Of a stretch of DNA of 64,000 nt, positions 38,247 through 48,377 are shown one piece after another. This DNA comes from a virus. Under the pieces are notes generated by a model that made no database searches, was not told where the DNA came from, and saw nothing but the letters and a program-made list of their open reading frames with translations. How positions within the stretch are numbered: position 1 is the stretch's first letter; the number at the start of each line of letters is the position of its first letter. Where the stretch lies: positions 10,824 through 74,823 of the IMG/VR virus record IMGVR_UViG_3300032431_000004. One strand, 5' to 3'. Made by a program: the position numbers and the translations under genes.

Positions 38247-40290
38247 CCAGCTTGCCCGTAACTGCACAGTATCGATCGCCTATGCCAACGGCACGGGTAG
38301 CCTCAGTGTGACTGCTCAGCTAATCGATCTGGTGGTTAGCAACTCCCACTTAGATGAGAGCGGGCTGATAAAGGTCACGGGGAAGCTGACGCTAGCAGGC
38401 CGGAGGGTGGTCGGATTCAGTGAAGAGCTAGACCCACGCATAAACCGTAGTCGGTGGCTGCGCGGCAATCGAATCACTGTGCAGATAGCTGATAGTACCG
38501 GGGCGCTCGTTCCACATCCTAGAGGGGCGCTGCGTATCCTCAAGACACCGCCGCCGCCATCGCTTGACGGTGGCAACTTAGAAATCGAAGTAGGTTGCGA
38601 TCTTACCTACTTTGATAGCCCTGGGTTGCCAGAGAGCAATATTGACGCATCGCCAACCTTCCCTGCTGTCTTGACACGGGCGATCGCAATCAATTACCTA
38701 GCTGACAAGATTGGCGCGCCATTACTGATTGATAGCATCCCTGAATATCCGCTGGCTTATCTACCGTCTGACCTTGACGGCAGCCGCATCGCTCAAATGG
38801 GCGGGCTAGCATTTGTAGCCGGTTATGTGCTGTGGATGGATGGCGATCGCGCCTTGAGGGCAACGCGGATAGATGTAGAGCGATCGCCTGACTATACCTA
38901 CTCAGCAATATTAGACGCCAGCAGTTTTGAATTTCGGCCTGCCGACGAAACCACGGCAGAAAACGTAACGGTAGTTGCCCCGATGGCAACGCGAACAATA
39001 TTTGAGGTAGATCCCCCTCGCACCGACACAACCGAAGAGGGCAACTATAAAGAAACTGTCACGACTTCGATCAATGGCGACGTCTATTTTGTGGAAAGCA
39101 GGAAACAGCTAAAAGATTTATTCCCTACTATTTACCCGAATAATCGGGCAATGGCGATCGCCTCTACCACAACCAGGTCAGAATCGTATTCAACTGAGAT
39201 GAGGTTAGACAGTGAAGAGGAGATGACGCGATCGCCCCAGGGCGTAGTACTGCCAACATTATTTCCCGGCAGCACTACGCTGATTGATTCTGAACGAACT
39301 GTTACAAATTACGAATATCAGAACGGGGCAACCTACAAAATCTCAGTGTTGAGCTATCGCCCTGCTGGGGTAGCATTCCCATTTGATCCGCTCTACCCGG
39401 TGCCGACTGCATTGGTGTTGGTAGAAACGGATGTAAAACGATGGGATGTTTTCCGAGATGGGTATCAGCTGACGCAAACTAAATTAGATTTGACTACTCG
39501 CAAATCAGAAGCCACTACCGATTACAGCTCAACCGAATACACGCCGCCAGCGCCAAAGTACAAAAAGGCAGATTATGACCAAGAAGAAACTCCTACTGCG
39601 GGCGGCGCTGAATTTGAGCAGGATGGCGGCACGGATAGCGGGCTAGGGCGATCGCGTGTCTACAGCGTGACAGGCTCCATCAGCAGCCCTCAGCAGGCCG
39701 TAGAGCTAGCCAAAACGTTAGGACAAATCCTCTATGCCAGAGGATACCCCGTGAGTTGGTCAACTGCCATCCCTGACACGATGCTCTCCAGCTATAGCCC
39801 TCTGAGGGTGTGGAAGTGGATAGATCCTAACTGCACATCGCGGTATATGGCAGATGGTGACGCATTTGCGATCGCGCCTGATGAGGCTACATTTGCCGCT
39901 GATGGCTTGTTCCTAGGCACTGAGAATACACCGGGGGTTGTTGATCCACCCTATCGGTTCAAGCTAAAAGGGACGCTGGCGATCGGCTCGTCTTCAGTAT
40001 TTGACCTGTCAGTGGTAGAGGATGCGTTGCTACTGGGCACCGTGGCGATCGGCTCGTCTTCAGTATTTGATCTGTCGGTTGTAACAGCTGCCGGGATGTC
40101 TGGCGTATTGGCGATCGGCAGCTCTAGCACGTTTGACCTGTCGGTTACGGAACCATCTGTACTGATTGGGTCAATGGCTTCTGAGACGACAGCAACCTTT
40201 GATTTATCTGCTACGCAACCACCTCCGCTACTTGGAGTGATGGCTTCTGAAACGACAGCGACGTTTGACCTGTCTGCTACGCAACCTTAA
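38233..40290 (+). CDS. Tail tip/baseplate hub protein with C-terminal repeats
   Basis: Position; five ~21-aa repeats G.LAIGSSS.FDLSV / G.MASETTATFDLSA. Confidence 0.65.
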   Translation: MSLLNQLARNCTVSIAYANGTGSLSVTAQLIDLVVSNSHLDESGLIKVTGKLTLAGRRVVGFSEELDPRINRSRWLRGNRITVQIADSTGALVPHPRGALRILKTPPPPSLDGGNLEIEVGCDLTYFDSPGLPESNIDASPTFPAVLTRAIAINYLADKIGAPLLIDSIPEYPLAYLPSDLDGSRIAQMGGLAFVAGYVLWMDGDRALRATRIDVERSPDYTYSAILDASSFEFRPADETTAENVTVVAPMATRTIFEVDPPRTDTTEEGNYKETVTTSINGDVYFVESRKQLKDLFPTIYPNNRAMAIASTTTRSESYSTEMRLDSEEEMTRSPQGVVLPTLFPGSTTLIDSERTVTNYEYQNGATYKISVLSYRPAGVAFPFDPLYPVPTALVLVETDVKRWDVFRDGYQLTQTKLDLTTRKSEATTDYSSTEYTPPAPKYKKADYDQEETPTAGGAEFEQDGGTDSGLGRSRVYSVTGSISSPQQAVELAKTLGQILYARGYPVSWSTAIPDTMLSSYSPLRVWKWIDPNCTSRYMADGDAFAIAPDEATFAADGLFLGTENTPGVVDPPYRFKLKGTLAIGSSSVFDLSVVEDALLLGTVAIGSSSVFDLSVVTAAGMSGVLAIGSSSTFDLSVTEPSVLIGSMASETTATFDLSATQPPPLLGVMASETTATFDLSATQP

Positions 40291-40307
40291 AGAGGAGTAT
40301 TGACACA

Positions 40308-41162
40308 ATGCCTAGCTCGATTTCTGGATTTCTCGCAGGTGAATTATTACGTCTAGTTTTCAACAATTTTGGTGGGCACGAACCTCTTCCAACTATTTAT
40401 ATTGAGCTTCTGACAGCAGCCCCCAACAACTATTTTTATGGTGGAGGTAGCATACAAGGTTCAAGCCTTAGCAGGCTAGCGATCGCCAACAATTCAACTA
40501 ATTTCCCATCAGCCTCAACAATTGGATTGGTAACGCAAAAAGTTAATGGAACCACACTAAGTTTTGGCACGGCTGGCAGCGCCCTGTCTTTTGTAGGCTT
40601 TGGCTTTTATGATTCTGCTACAGGTGGCACATGGCTTGGAGGTGGAAGCTTCACGGTGCCATTAGATTTTGCGTCAGGAGTAGCTGTGACGATCGCCCCT
40701 GGAGGCGTTGCTATTGGCATCAACACCGCTAGCGCAGGGGGCTGCTCAGGCTATGTATGCCGTAGAATGCTAGACCTAGCTTTTGGAGCTGTAGCCTATA
40801 CTAAACCGAGTAATTTTGGCGCATATTTCACAACCGCGCCAAACTACGCTACTGGTGCGGGTGGTGTTGAGGCGGCAGGCGGCGGATATTCCCGTGTCGA
40901 AACTACTGGGGCAGGCGGCATCAATGACGGTAATGAACAGATTTTTGCATCTTCATCACTTCCGATTGACTCTAATATCATTTTTGCAAATCCCACAGCT
41001 GACCAAGGCACAGCAGTAGCGGGTGGAATATTCGATGCTGCTAGCGGAGGGAATCTGTTATGCGGTGGAGATCTTGCAGTGCCAAGAAACCTAGTTTCAG
41101 GATCTACTGGCGTTTTCTTTGAAGTGTATTCAATCCAAGTAAGAATCTTGTCTGTAGATTAA
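40308..41162 (+). CDS. Tail protein with two tandem domains
   Basis: YDSATGGTWL / FDAASGGNLL; paralog of 41172..42026. Confidence 0.75.
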   Translation: MPSSISGFLAGELLRLVFNNFGGHEPLPTIYIELLTAAPNNYFYGGGSIQGSSLSRLAIANNSTNFPSASTIGLVTQKVNGTTLSFGTAGSALSFVGFGFYDSATGGTWLGGGSFTVPLDFASGVAVTIAPGGVAIGINTASAGGCSGYVCRRMLDLAFGAVAYTKPSNFGAYFTTAPNYATGAGGVEAAGGGYSRVETTGAGGINDGNEQIFASSSLPIDSNIIFANPTADQGTAVAGGIFDAASGGNLLCGGDLAVPRNLVSGSTGVFFEVYSIQVRILSVD

Positions 41163-41171
41163 CCGGAGATA

Positions 41172-42026
41172 TTGACCATGCCAAGCGCGATCGCACGTAC
41201 ACTGTCGGGATCTCTTCTAAATCATGTATTTGGGAATACTGCCTACACCCCGCTGGGCACCATTCATGTAGCGGTGCTGACAACCAGCGCATCCGACTGG
41301 ACAGTGGGCACCGGGGCAGTGCAGGCAGCTGGCGTTGCTAGAGTTGCGCTCGTCAATAATTTGACCAACTTCCCGGCAGCGGTAACGGCTGGCACCCTGA
41401 CCAGCAAAGGTAACGGAATAGCGATCGCATTCGGGAACGCCCCGGCGAACCTAAGCCTAGTTGGATTTGCCCTGTACAGCGCGGCTAGTGCAGGGGTATG
41501 GCTAGGGGGTGGGACGCTAAATGCACCGCTAGCAGTATCTAGCGGCAGCCCGATTAGGTTTGATGCTGGCACCATGACGATCCGAGGGAGTTCAAGTGCG
41601 GGCGAACCGAGCGGGTTCCTTTTCCGCAGGCTATTAGATCTTGCTTTTGGTTCTGCCGCTTATGCAGCGCCGGCTAATATATTTGGAGCGTATTACACTA
41701 CCGCACCAAGCAACGCTACAGGCACAGGTGGTATTGAGCCAGGTGTAGGAGCATATGCCAGAGTGAGCAGAGCAAATAACACAACCAACTTCCCTAGCGC
41801 TACTGGCGGCACTGTGGCCACCAAAACTTGTGCTACTGACATTGCGTTCCCAAATCCAACGGCTCCACAGGGCACCGCAGTAGCAGGCGGACTGATTGAT
41901 GCTGCTACTGCGGGGAATCTATTATGGTCAGGAGCTTTGGTTAGCAATCGGGTAGTTAGCACCACCACCACTGAGGTCAAATTTACTGCAAATACGATCG
42001 CACTTAATATCACCCCGGTATCGTAA
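41172..42026 (+). CDS. Tail protein with two tandem domains
   Basis: Paralog of 40308..41162; NNTTNFP, DAATAGNLL. Confidence 0.75.
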   Translation: MTMPSAIARTLSGSLLNHVFGNTAYTPLGTIHVAVLTTSASDWTVGTGAVQAAGVARVALVNNLTNFPAAVTAGTLTSKGNGIAIAFGNAPANLSLVGFALYSAASAGVWLGGGTLNAPLAVSSGSPIRFDAGTMTIRGSSSAGEPSGFLFRRLLDLAFGSAAYAAPANIFGAYYTTAPSNATGTGGIEPGVGAYARVSRANNTTNFPSATGGTVATKTCATDIAFPNPTAPQGTAVAGGLIDAATAGNLLWSGALVSNRVVSTTTTEVKFTANTIALNITPVS

Positions 42027-42289
42027 TGACTGACTTAGCGCGACAACGATTAGAGCAAAGCCGCGCCAATTACTTGGCAGCTTTCCAGACCAGAGAAGAG
42101 CAGCGATTGACTCAACGACAAATCGCGATCGCCTATCAGGGGTTCGATAGGGGTAGTCATAAGGCCAAAACTTTCGATGGCGGCACAGTGGAGATTGAAC
42201 CACTGTTTAACGGCAGCGCTCAAGTCGGTGAACTACTGGCAGGGGTGCGATCGGGTAACAAAATATTAGCCATTGGGAAGAGTCAATGA
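42026..42289 (+). CDS. Small tail-associated protein
   Basis: MTDLARQRLEQ shared with 42524. Confidence 0.65.
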   Translation: MTDLARQRLEQSRANYLAAFQTREEQRLTQRQIAIAYQGFDRGSHKAKTFDGGTVEIEPLFNGSAQVGELLAGVRSGNKILAIGKSQ

Positions 42290-42531
42290 ACGATTTCAGC
42301 GGATTAAAGCAAAAACTAATTGACGAGGGGAAGCTGGAAGAGTTTGCAGAAGCTTGCATCCGCTTTTGCTATGCAACTCCAGATGGGGAGCCAGTTGCTC
42401 ACTTGTCCCTTACAGCTATAGATCTAGACCCCCAAGGCAGCATCGAAGCTGCCGAACTGATAACAGCAATCGTATTCCTGACAAAAGAACAAGTTATTTT
42501 GATTGGGCTGAAGGTGCTAGCGCATGACTGA
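42286..42531 (+). CDS. Hypothetical protein
   Basis: Coupled ORF. Confidence 0.55.
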   Translation: MNDFSGLKQKLIDEGKLEEFAEACIRFCYATPDGEPVAHLSLTAIDLDPQGSIEAAELITAIVFLTKEQVILIGLKVLAHD

Positions 42532-43654
42532 TCTCGCACGGCGCAAACTTGACCAAGGGCGCGATCGCTATCTCCAGCGCCTAGCCAGACAGTCAGCATC
42601 TCCGCAGCCGCCATCCTACCTAGGCGCTGGCAATGAGGAGGGCAACCCCCTACTGGCAACACCGGGCGGCACTCCTACTCAGTACGGGCGACAGCTATCA
42701 TCGGGCAGCATTAGGAATGGGGAAGAGGTTGCGGTATTCAGGGGCGATCGCATTAGCCGGACTGTTGGGCGCAATCGCATTGTGAGGGATGAAGATGAAG
42801 ACGCCGCGATCGTGCCTACTGAGCTGGCATGGGTGATGTTCTATGAGAATGGGATACCAAGCCCAGCAGGTGTCAGATATATCTATGAATTTTATGTAGG
42901 AGGCATCTGCCCTACCTTACTAGCATTTGAGATTAACGAATTCCCTCCATTCAGTAGAGAGTTTACCCGTGAACGCTACATGGAGTATGCCCTAGCGCTA
43001 GAAGATAGGGGGGCAGTTCTAGAGATCCGGCTTGGGCGTTTATACCCGTTTGGATTGCAGCCTGGGGCTAGCCCTCCTGATCCCGTCCCTAGCGATGCCC
43101 TGCCAGAACTTGGTGTTTTTTCAGCCCAAGTGCTTGATCCTAATTCTGATTACTATCGATACGTGAGTAGGAGAGCCTTTCTGATCACTCGCGATGGGAT
43201 TGTTACTGAAATCCCTCCAGGCACTAGCGAAGCTATTGGGGCTTGGGAATATGAACGCCGTGAGTATCTTATTAATTGGCAACCATTAGATCCTACGCCT
43301 GTCGCGCTAACTGACTTTTGTGCCCAAAATCTTTTGCAGCCCGGTAGTGAAAACAACTATTACAAAGGGAAGCTGACTGTACCAAGGTTTAACCCCCCTG
43401 CTCTTGGCGAACAAATAATCTTATCTAGAAGATTCACCAGTAATGCGGTAGAGACTGCGCTTATCACGAATCTCAATCCACCGCCTGAGGTCACCATTTA
43501 CTTATGCGCTGCGAATCTCGAAACCTCTCCAACAGAATGCCAAGCCACGGTTACTCAGGTAAAACCGTTCGTCATTACTCGGCCTGACTTCATTCTGAGT
43601 TTCTTCGCCGGTGGTCAGTACAGGTTTCTAATATCAGGCAATTTAGCAAGCTGA
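42524..43654 (+). CDS. Putative tail spike/receptor-binding protein
   Basis: N-terminus MTDLARRKLDQ paralogous to 42026; last gene of tail operon. Confidence 0.5.
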   Translation: MTDLARRKLDQGRDRYLQRLARQSASPQPPSYLGAGNEEGNPLLATPGGTPTQYGRQLSSGSIRNGEEVAVFRGDRISRTVGRNRIVRDEDEDAAIVPTELAWVMFYENGIPSPAGVRYIYEFYVGGICPTLLAFEINEFPPFSREFTRERYMEYALALEDRGAVLEIRLGRLYPFGLQPGASPPDPVPSDALPELGVFSAQVLDPNSDYYRYVSRRAFLITRDGIVTEIPPGTSEAIGAWEYERREYLINWQPLDPTPVALTDFCAQNLLQPGSENNYYKGKLTVPRFNPPALGEQIILSRRFTSNAVETALITNLNPPPEVTIYLCAANLETSPTECQATVTQVKPFVITRPDFILSFFAGGQYRFLISGNLAS

Positions 43655-43663
43655 GAAATCGCC

Positions 43664-44008
43664 CTATCCGCTGGCTTGACATGCGATCGCACTTGGCATT
43701 CCGGCATCGCTAATACCCACTTTCAGCCGATACTCTTCAATTTGCGCTGGCGTGGCTTCACCCAATATGTCTAGTCGGTTCATGCCGGGGCTGGCAACAA
43801 TTCCAAATGGGTTGCCGCCTTTGGTGAACTTTGGCGATCGTGCTAGCACGTATACAGAGCAATGGTAGACGGTGCCTCTCTTGAGCGGTTCAGGGCTTAA
43901 TGTGATTGCCCGATAGTCATAGTTGTTCCGATCTACCACATATAGCCATTGCCGATAATTGGCAATCTTTAACTTTTGACCCGACCCGGCAACTGTCAGT
44001 AAGGGCAT
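43664..44008 (-). CDS. Hypothetical protein
   Basis: ORF with GGCTATTCT motif upstream. Confidence 0.55.
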   Translation of the reverse strand: MPLLTVAGSGQKLKIANYRQWLYVVDRNNYDYRAITLSPEPLKRGTVYHCSVYVLARSPKFTKGGNPFGIVASPGMNRLDILGEATPAQIEEYRLKVGISDAGMPSAIACQASG

Positions 44009-44094
44009 ATTGCTTTTGATCGATAGCTACTCCGGCTCAAGAATAGCCTAGGTTGGGGCTGGTAGCGATATTGGGCGCTGATGGGCGATCGCTT

Positions 44095-45471
44095 TTAGAC
44101 GTGCCCGACTAGCACTGCATTGACACCTGTAAGCGCTTCCCACCTTTCCAGGATCACGGTGCAATAGAGGTCGCTCAGCTCAAAGCCGTAGACGGTGCGA
44201 TCGCCTTCCATCTGTTGAGCTGCGATTAAGCTCATGCCGCTGCCTAGGAATGGGTCAAAGATTAGATCGTCGGGCTTGCCATATTTCTCAAAGCACCATT
44301 CAGCAAGCGCGATCGGCTTTTGGGTTGGGTGAACTCTTTTTTGTCCATGCTCTGAAGCCTTTAAGCAGCCATTCCACATGTGACGAAAGATGCGTACAGA
44401 CGTGGGCTGGTTTGTCCATGCTAATTCAGCATCGGCAAAGTCCCCAGAGTTTTCTTTGTCCCAAATTAGCCAGCAACTAGAGTCTGGCAGTGCGCTTGAA
44501 AAGTGATTAGCTCCCCACCAAAACTGGTTAGGCATTGAGCGAAGGAGGTTGAAGGCGGCGATCGCGGTTTTGGTTGAATCGTCACCAATGACAGCTGGAC
44601 GAGGGATGCTTTGGATCGGCTTCTTCGAGAGAGAAGAAGCCGATCCAAAGGGCTTTGCTCTGTCCTTCATTGGGTCAAACTTCATTCCGTACGGAGGATC
44701 AGCCCACACCATCCCCACCGCCCGATCGCCCAGCAACTTCTTAACATTCCCCTCATCAGTCGAATCACCGCAGCAGATCCGGTGCCGCCCCAATTGCCAG
44801 ATCTCACCCAACTTTACGCGACTGGCGATCGCGCCTTCGTCTGCTGCATCTAGCAGGTCTGCGATCGCCTCCTCATCCTCTTCCTGTGGGATGCCTTCCC
44901 CCTCTGCCTCTAACTCTTCATACCTCAGCAGGGCATCTAAGTAATCGCCATCAAAACCAATCGGCAAAGAATCCTCATCAGCCAGCCCTTCTAATTGCTT
45001 AGAGAAGCCAGAGTCAAACATCTTGGCGATATCGTGGGCGCTGAAATCGCTACCCGCCATGGTCAGAATGTTGTGAGAAAAGCCAAACGCTTCAGCTTGC
45101 TTCTCTGACAATGCATCAACTCCAAACTTCACAGGTACAACCCATTCGCCATCAGCCTTGAGTGTGCCGATCCCTTTGGGTGGATCTTCACCCTGCTGTC
45201 TCATCAACGCTAGTCGGAATAGGAGAGCCTTAGTTCGTCCGTTACCGTAGACAAACCCACCTTCACCGCCATTTAGGTTGCTATCCCACTTAGCACAATC
45301 GGCATACCCATAGGACGCGATTGCTTCATCCAACATCTGAAGGTCATGCAACTTTGCATTATCCTTCCAAAGCTGCAAGTCGAGATCGAACGCTGGCAAG
45401 GGCACGTAGCGGATGTGTAGAACATCGCCATCAACGGCTGAGTGGTTAACTGAAGATTCTAGTATCGACAT
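44095..45471 (-). CDS. N6A/N4C DNA methyltransferase (beta class) with ParB-like N-terminus
   Basis: LGRHRICCGDST, DPPY, HPTQKP, DPFLGSG; NAK.H and GNGR in N-terminus. Confidence 0.9.
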   Translation of the reverse strand: MSILESSVNHSAVDGDVLHIRYVPLPAFDLDLQLWKDNAKLHDLQMLDEAIASYGYADCAKWDSNLNGGEGGFVYGNGRTKALLFRLALMRQQGEDPPKGIGTLKADGEWVVPVKFGVDALSEKQAEAFGFSHNILTMAGSDFSAHDIAKMFDSGFSKQLEGLADEDSLPIGFDGDYLDALLRYEELEAEGEGIPQEEDEEAIADLLDAADEGAIASRVKLGEIWQLGRHRICCGDSTDEGNVKKLLGDRAVGMVWADPPYGMKFDPMKDRAKPFGSASSLSKKPIQSIPRPAVIGDDSTKTAIAAFNLLRSMPNQFWWGANHFSSALPDSSCWLIWDKENSGDFADAELAWTNQPTSVRIFRHMWNGCLKASEHGQKRVHPTQKPIALAEWCFEKYGKPDDLIFDPFLGSGMSLIAAQQMEGDRTVYGFELSDLYCTVILERWEALTGVNAVLVGHV

Positions 45472-45550
45472 CTTGGGGAAATATTTTAGCTAAAGTTTAG
45501 CGCGGTTGCCTATACGTTTGGGCTAAACTTTATGCAAACCCTACAACCAT

Positions 45551-45967
45551 ATGGAACCTACTGATATTGACTCAATCGCGCTTCGAGTTGATGCTCTAGA
45601 AAAATCGCAAGATGCGGCAGCCCAAATCGACACACAGCAGCAGGCACTAATTCAAAGTCTCTCTGAGGTGATTGGTCAGCTAGCTGCTGAAAAGCAGGCC
45701 GCAAAAGCGGAAGCTAGTCTTGGTCAGAAGCTAATGGGATCTTTGATTTTTACCATTATATTACTGGGATTTAGCATAGATCCCAGTACCACACGCATCA
45801 AAAGTGAAGGGGCTGAAGTTGGGCTGCGAGAAGTCCCTTGGGGCGTTTCAGCAGGCTGCTTACTAGCGATCGCAGTAGTAGTTTTGAACCAAGAACAAAC
45901 GGATAGAGGGATTGCGGTACTGGCAAGCATCAGAGGTCTAGCGGTCATCCACAAAGGCAACGGCTGA
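45551..45967 (+). CDS. Membrane protein, putative holin
   Basis: Two hydrophobic helices; directly upstream of endolysin. Confidence 0.5.
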   Translation: MEPTDIDSIALRVDALEKSQDAAAQIDTQQQALIQSLSEVIGQLAAEKQAAKAEASLGQKLMGSLIFTIILLGFSIDPSTTRIKSEGAEVGLREVPWGVSAGCLLAIAVVVLNQEQTDRGIAVLASIRGLAVIHKGNG

Positions 45968-45983
45968 TTCAGGAAAAAGGCAA

Positions 45984-46730
45984 ATGGCAACACTCCACAT
46001 CATAAAGTCAACCTGGTTAAAACAGGCCGCTGTTCAGTCATCAGGGCTGTCAGACGGCAATAAATACGCCGCTAGCGCAGGTCAGACCTTTGAGCTGGCC
46101 AGCTTTGAGTCAATTGAGGATCTGTCAAAAAATGATGGGGACAGCCATGTCAAAATTTTCTTAGCTGAGCCAGTTAAAGAAAAAAGGACATGGTATGTTT
46201 TCCAGCGTGACGTTGCCATCATGGATGGCGATCGCGTTTTGTTCCCGTCGCCTGAAGACGATGAACGTACCGCCAACCGTAAGCTGGCGATCGCGCATGA
46301 CTATTCAGGAATTGTCTTGTGGCTACCCGGTGGGCGAAAGGTTCACTCTGACGAGCCGATTATTAAGTCTGGCAATTTCTCATGGGGTGAAGCTAGCCAC
46401 GGCGGCGAGCGCATCCCTAAAGACAAGCAGACGGTAGAACGTATAGTCAAGCTGGCGATCGCGCTTCAGGACGCTAGGGCGGCTATCGGTAGACCGTTCC
46501 GAATTACCTCATGGTATAGACCAGAGCCGTTCAACTCACGGGTGGGCGGGGCATCGCGATCGCAGCATCTAAATGGCGGTGCCGTAGACATTGTGGTTGA
46601 GGGCTACAGTGGCGCTCAACTGGCAAGGAAGATCAAACCATTCTGGCCTGGTGGCGTTGGGATCTATCCCGGTAACCGTAAACATATTCTGCACTTGGAT
46701 ATCGGAACTAAACGATCTTGGGGAGTCTAA
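45984..46730 (+). CDS. Endolysin, peptidase M15 family
   Basis: ITSWYR..N..VGGA..SQHL.G.AVD...LHLD zinc-peptidase motifs. Confidence 0.88.
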   Translation: MATLHIIKSTWLKQAAVQSSGLSDGNKYAASAGQTFELASFESIEDLSKNDGDSHVKIFLAEPVKEKRTWYVFQRDVAIMDGDRVLFPSPEDDERTANRKLAIAHDYSGIVLWLPGGRKVHSDEPIIKSGNFSWGEASHGGERIPKDKQTVERIVKLAIALQDARAAIGRPFRITSWYRPEPFNSRVGGASRSQHLNGGAVDIVVEGYSGAQLARKIKPFWPGGVGIYPGNRKHILHLDIGTKRSWGV

Positions 46731-47028
46731 AAACAGGCAGTGTCTACGTGACTGACATGCTTTTGGCAACACACTTAAAGCCTTGGTATATATGGACTAG
46801 ACACCTGCCGTCGCACTGTCATTGGTTTTTCTGATTTCAAAATAGGAGAGGATTCAGACTTATTAATTCACTGAATTAAATATTCAGATCTCTTAAGGGT
46901 GATCCTAGGCAGCAAACCTAAAACTACTAGATGCCAATGACGGTGCGACGACAGGTGTCTAACGCATACTCAGTACAGGTTTGAGTATGTTGCCAAAAGT
47001 ATGTCAGTCAACATGACACTGCACTAAT
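46729..47028 (-). repeat. Palindromic dispersed element, copy 7 (full, inverted)
   Basis: Begins within the endolysin stop codon; same arms and centre. Confidence 0.95.
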
Positions 47029-47043
47029 TCAGGGGGTTTCTAA

Positions 47044-47379
47044 GTGGATCAACTACTTTGCCATTTTTGGGGCGACTTCATGACCCAGACATCTTGGATG
47101 GCGCTGACAAAATACGAGCGAGGGCTTAGGGGTTGGTTACCAGCGATCGCCCACGGCATTATTTACACCTGTTGGTTCCTACTTTTAACTCAGGACGTGC
47201 GATCGCTTTTAATCATCGGGGTGACTCATATCGTGATTGATCACTACCGGGTTGCTGGATGGTGGGCGCGGCTGATCAACTGGGAATGGGTCAGCCCTCA
47301 GCCCGTCATCCCCCTTTGGTGCATGGTCGTAATTGACCAAACGATGCATTTAACGATCAACTATCTGGCGCTGAGATAA
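47044..47379 (+). CDS. DUF3307-like membrane protein
   Basis: HFWGDF..Q..WMA..K, HG..Y, H..ID, DQTMH. Confidence 0.75.
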   Translation: MDQLLCHFWGDFMTQTSWMALTKYERGLRGWLPAIAHGIIYTCWFLLLTQDVRSLLIIGVTHIVIDHYRVAGWWARLINWEWVSPQPVIPLWCMVVIDQTMHLTINYLALR

Positions 47380-47922
47380 ATGTTCTCAAGAAAAAAGAAG
47401 GAGCAACCGAAAAGGGATGACTCAAATTACATTTATTTTGAATCAGATCTGGCGTTCCCTGCGGCGGCGGGTAAGTCGCGCCATGCATTGGCGGCATACC
47501 GAATCAGCGATCGCACCCGATATTTACTACCAACTAAATCAGAAAATCAGGGCATCATTGCGGCAGCACTGTCGGCTGAGCGTCGGGCTGAAAGGCGATC
47601 GCTTATAGAAGAGCTGTTTTACGGCACGCCAACCCACGGTGTCAGCTTCACCGCTGCCTTCAGCTTCCCAGTCAGAAGCACCACCATTTTTGCTTATGGG
47701 CTGAGGCTAGCAACTCCCGGCTATGATTCCAATGCGATCGCCCGTGGAGTTTGCAAGTTTTTGCAATGGCAGGCGGGCGAACTGAGGATAGATCGGTTGC
47801 TTTTCCAAGGTGAGTTGAGCATCCCTGAAGCGGATTTACTTCGAGCAAACCACGCAATAGTGAAGATATTTTGGCTAAGCGCGATCGCTTCAAAATATGC
47901 GTCAATCATTGGCAGCCGCTAG
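47380..47922 (+). CDS. Hypothetical protein
   Basis: Abuts upstream stop. Confidence 0.55.
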   Translation: MFSRKKKEQPKRDDSNYIYFESDLAFPAAAGKSRHALAAYRISDRTRYLLPTKSENQGIIAAALSAERRAERRSLIEELFYGTPTHGVSFTAAFSFPVRSTTIFAYGLRLATPGYDSNAIARGVCKFLQWQAGELRIDRLLFQGELSIPEADLLRANHAIVKIFWLSAIASKYASIIGSR

Positions 47923-48377
47923 GGTTTACGCTAATAGAGCAACTGGCCGCGATCCTGATAGTTGCGGTGTTGAGCGCGATCGCATTGCCTTCCTACCTGA
48001 ATCAGAAGGATAAGGCGGAAGTTGCCCACGCTACCTTAATTGCTCAGTCGTTCGTTGTCCCTTTGCTGGAATATCGCCTGATGCATGGCAATTTCCCTCC
48101 TGACGTTAATGCCAATGTTGCCCCTGTGGGGTTAGAGGATGTCTGGGTCAATGGGTCAGCAGCTCCATTGCGATCGCCGTTCGACTATGAACACCACGGA
48201 CTAGGGAACGGCGGTGGGGATGGCATGGGGCAATGCCTCATAATGATTACCTGGTTTGGCAAAAACCAGATTAGAGATCCCGCAACATCGGTTTACAGCG
48301 CGATCGCCAGTGGGGATGATGTGATTATCAGGGTGGCTACTTACGATTGCGACCAACCACGTAGGAGTATTCGCTAA
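47871..48377 (+). CDS. Type IV pilin/pseudopilin-like protein
   Basis: Prepilin motif G|FTLIE, hydrophobic helix ...IALPSY, Y...HGNFP, C-terminal Cys pair. Confidence 0.85.
   Translation: MAKRDRFKICVNHWQPLGFTLIEQLAAILIVAVLSAIALPSYLNQKDKAEVAHATLIAQSFVVPLLEYRLMHGNFPPDVNANVAPVGLEDVWVNGSAAPLRSPFDYEHHGLGNGGGDGMGQCLIMITWFGKNQIRDPATSVYSAIASGDDVIIRVATYDCDQPRRSIR

Noticed and set aside
38233-43654. Diversity-generating retroelement or invertible tail-fiber cassette
   Set aside because: No reverse transcriptase, TR/VR pair or invertase recognised; the paralogs are co-oriented
47897-47925. Pilin as frameshifted pseudogene (ATG 47897 would give MRQSLAAA-GFTLIE after deleting one base)
   Set aside because: In-frame TTG at 47871 gives an intact basic leader; cannot decide without reads or homologs
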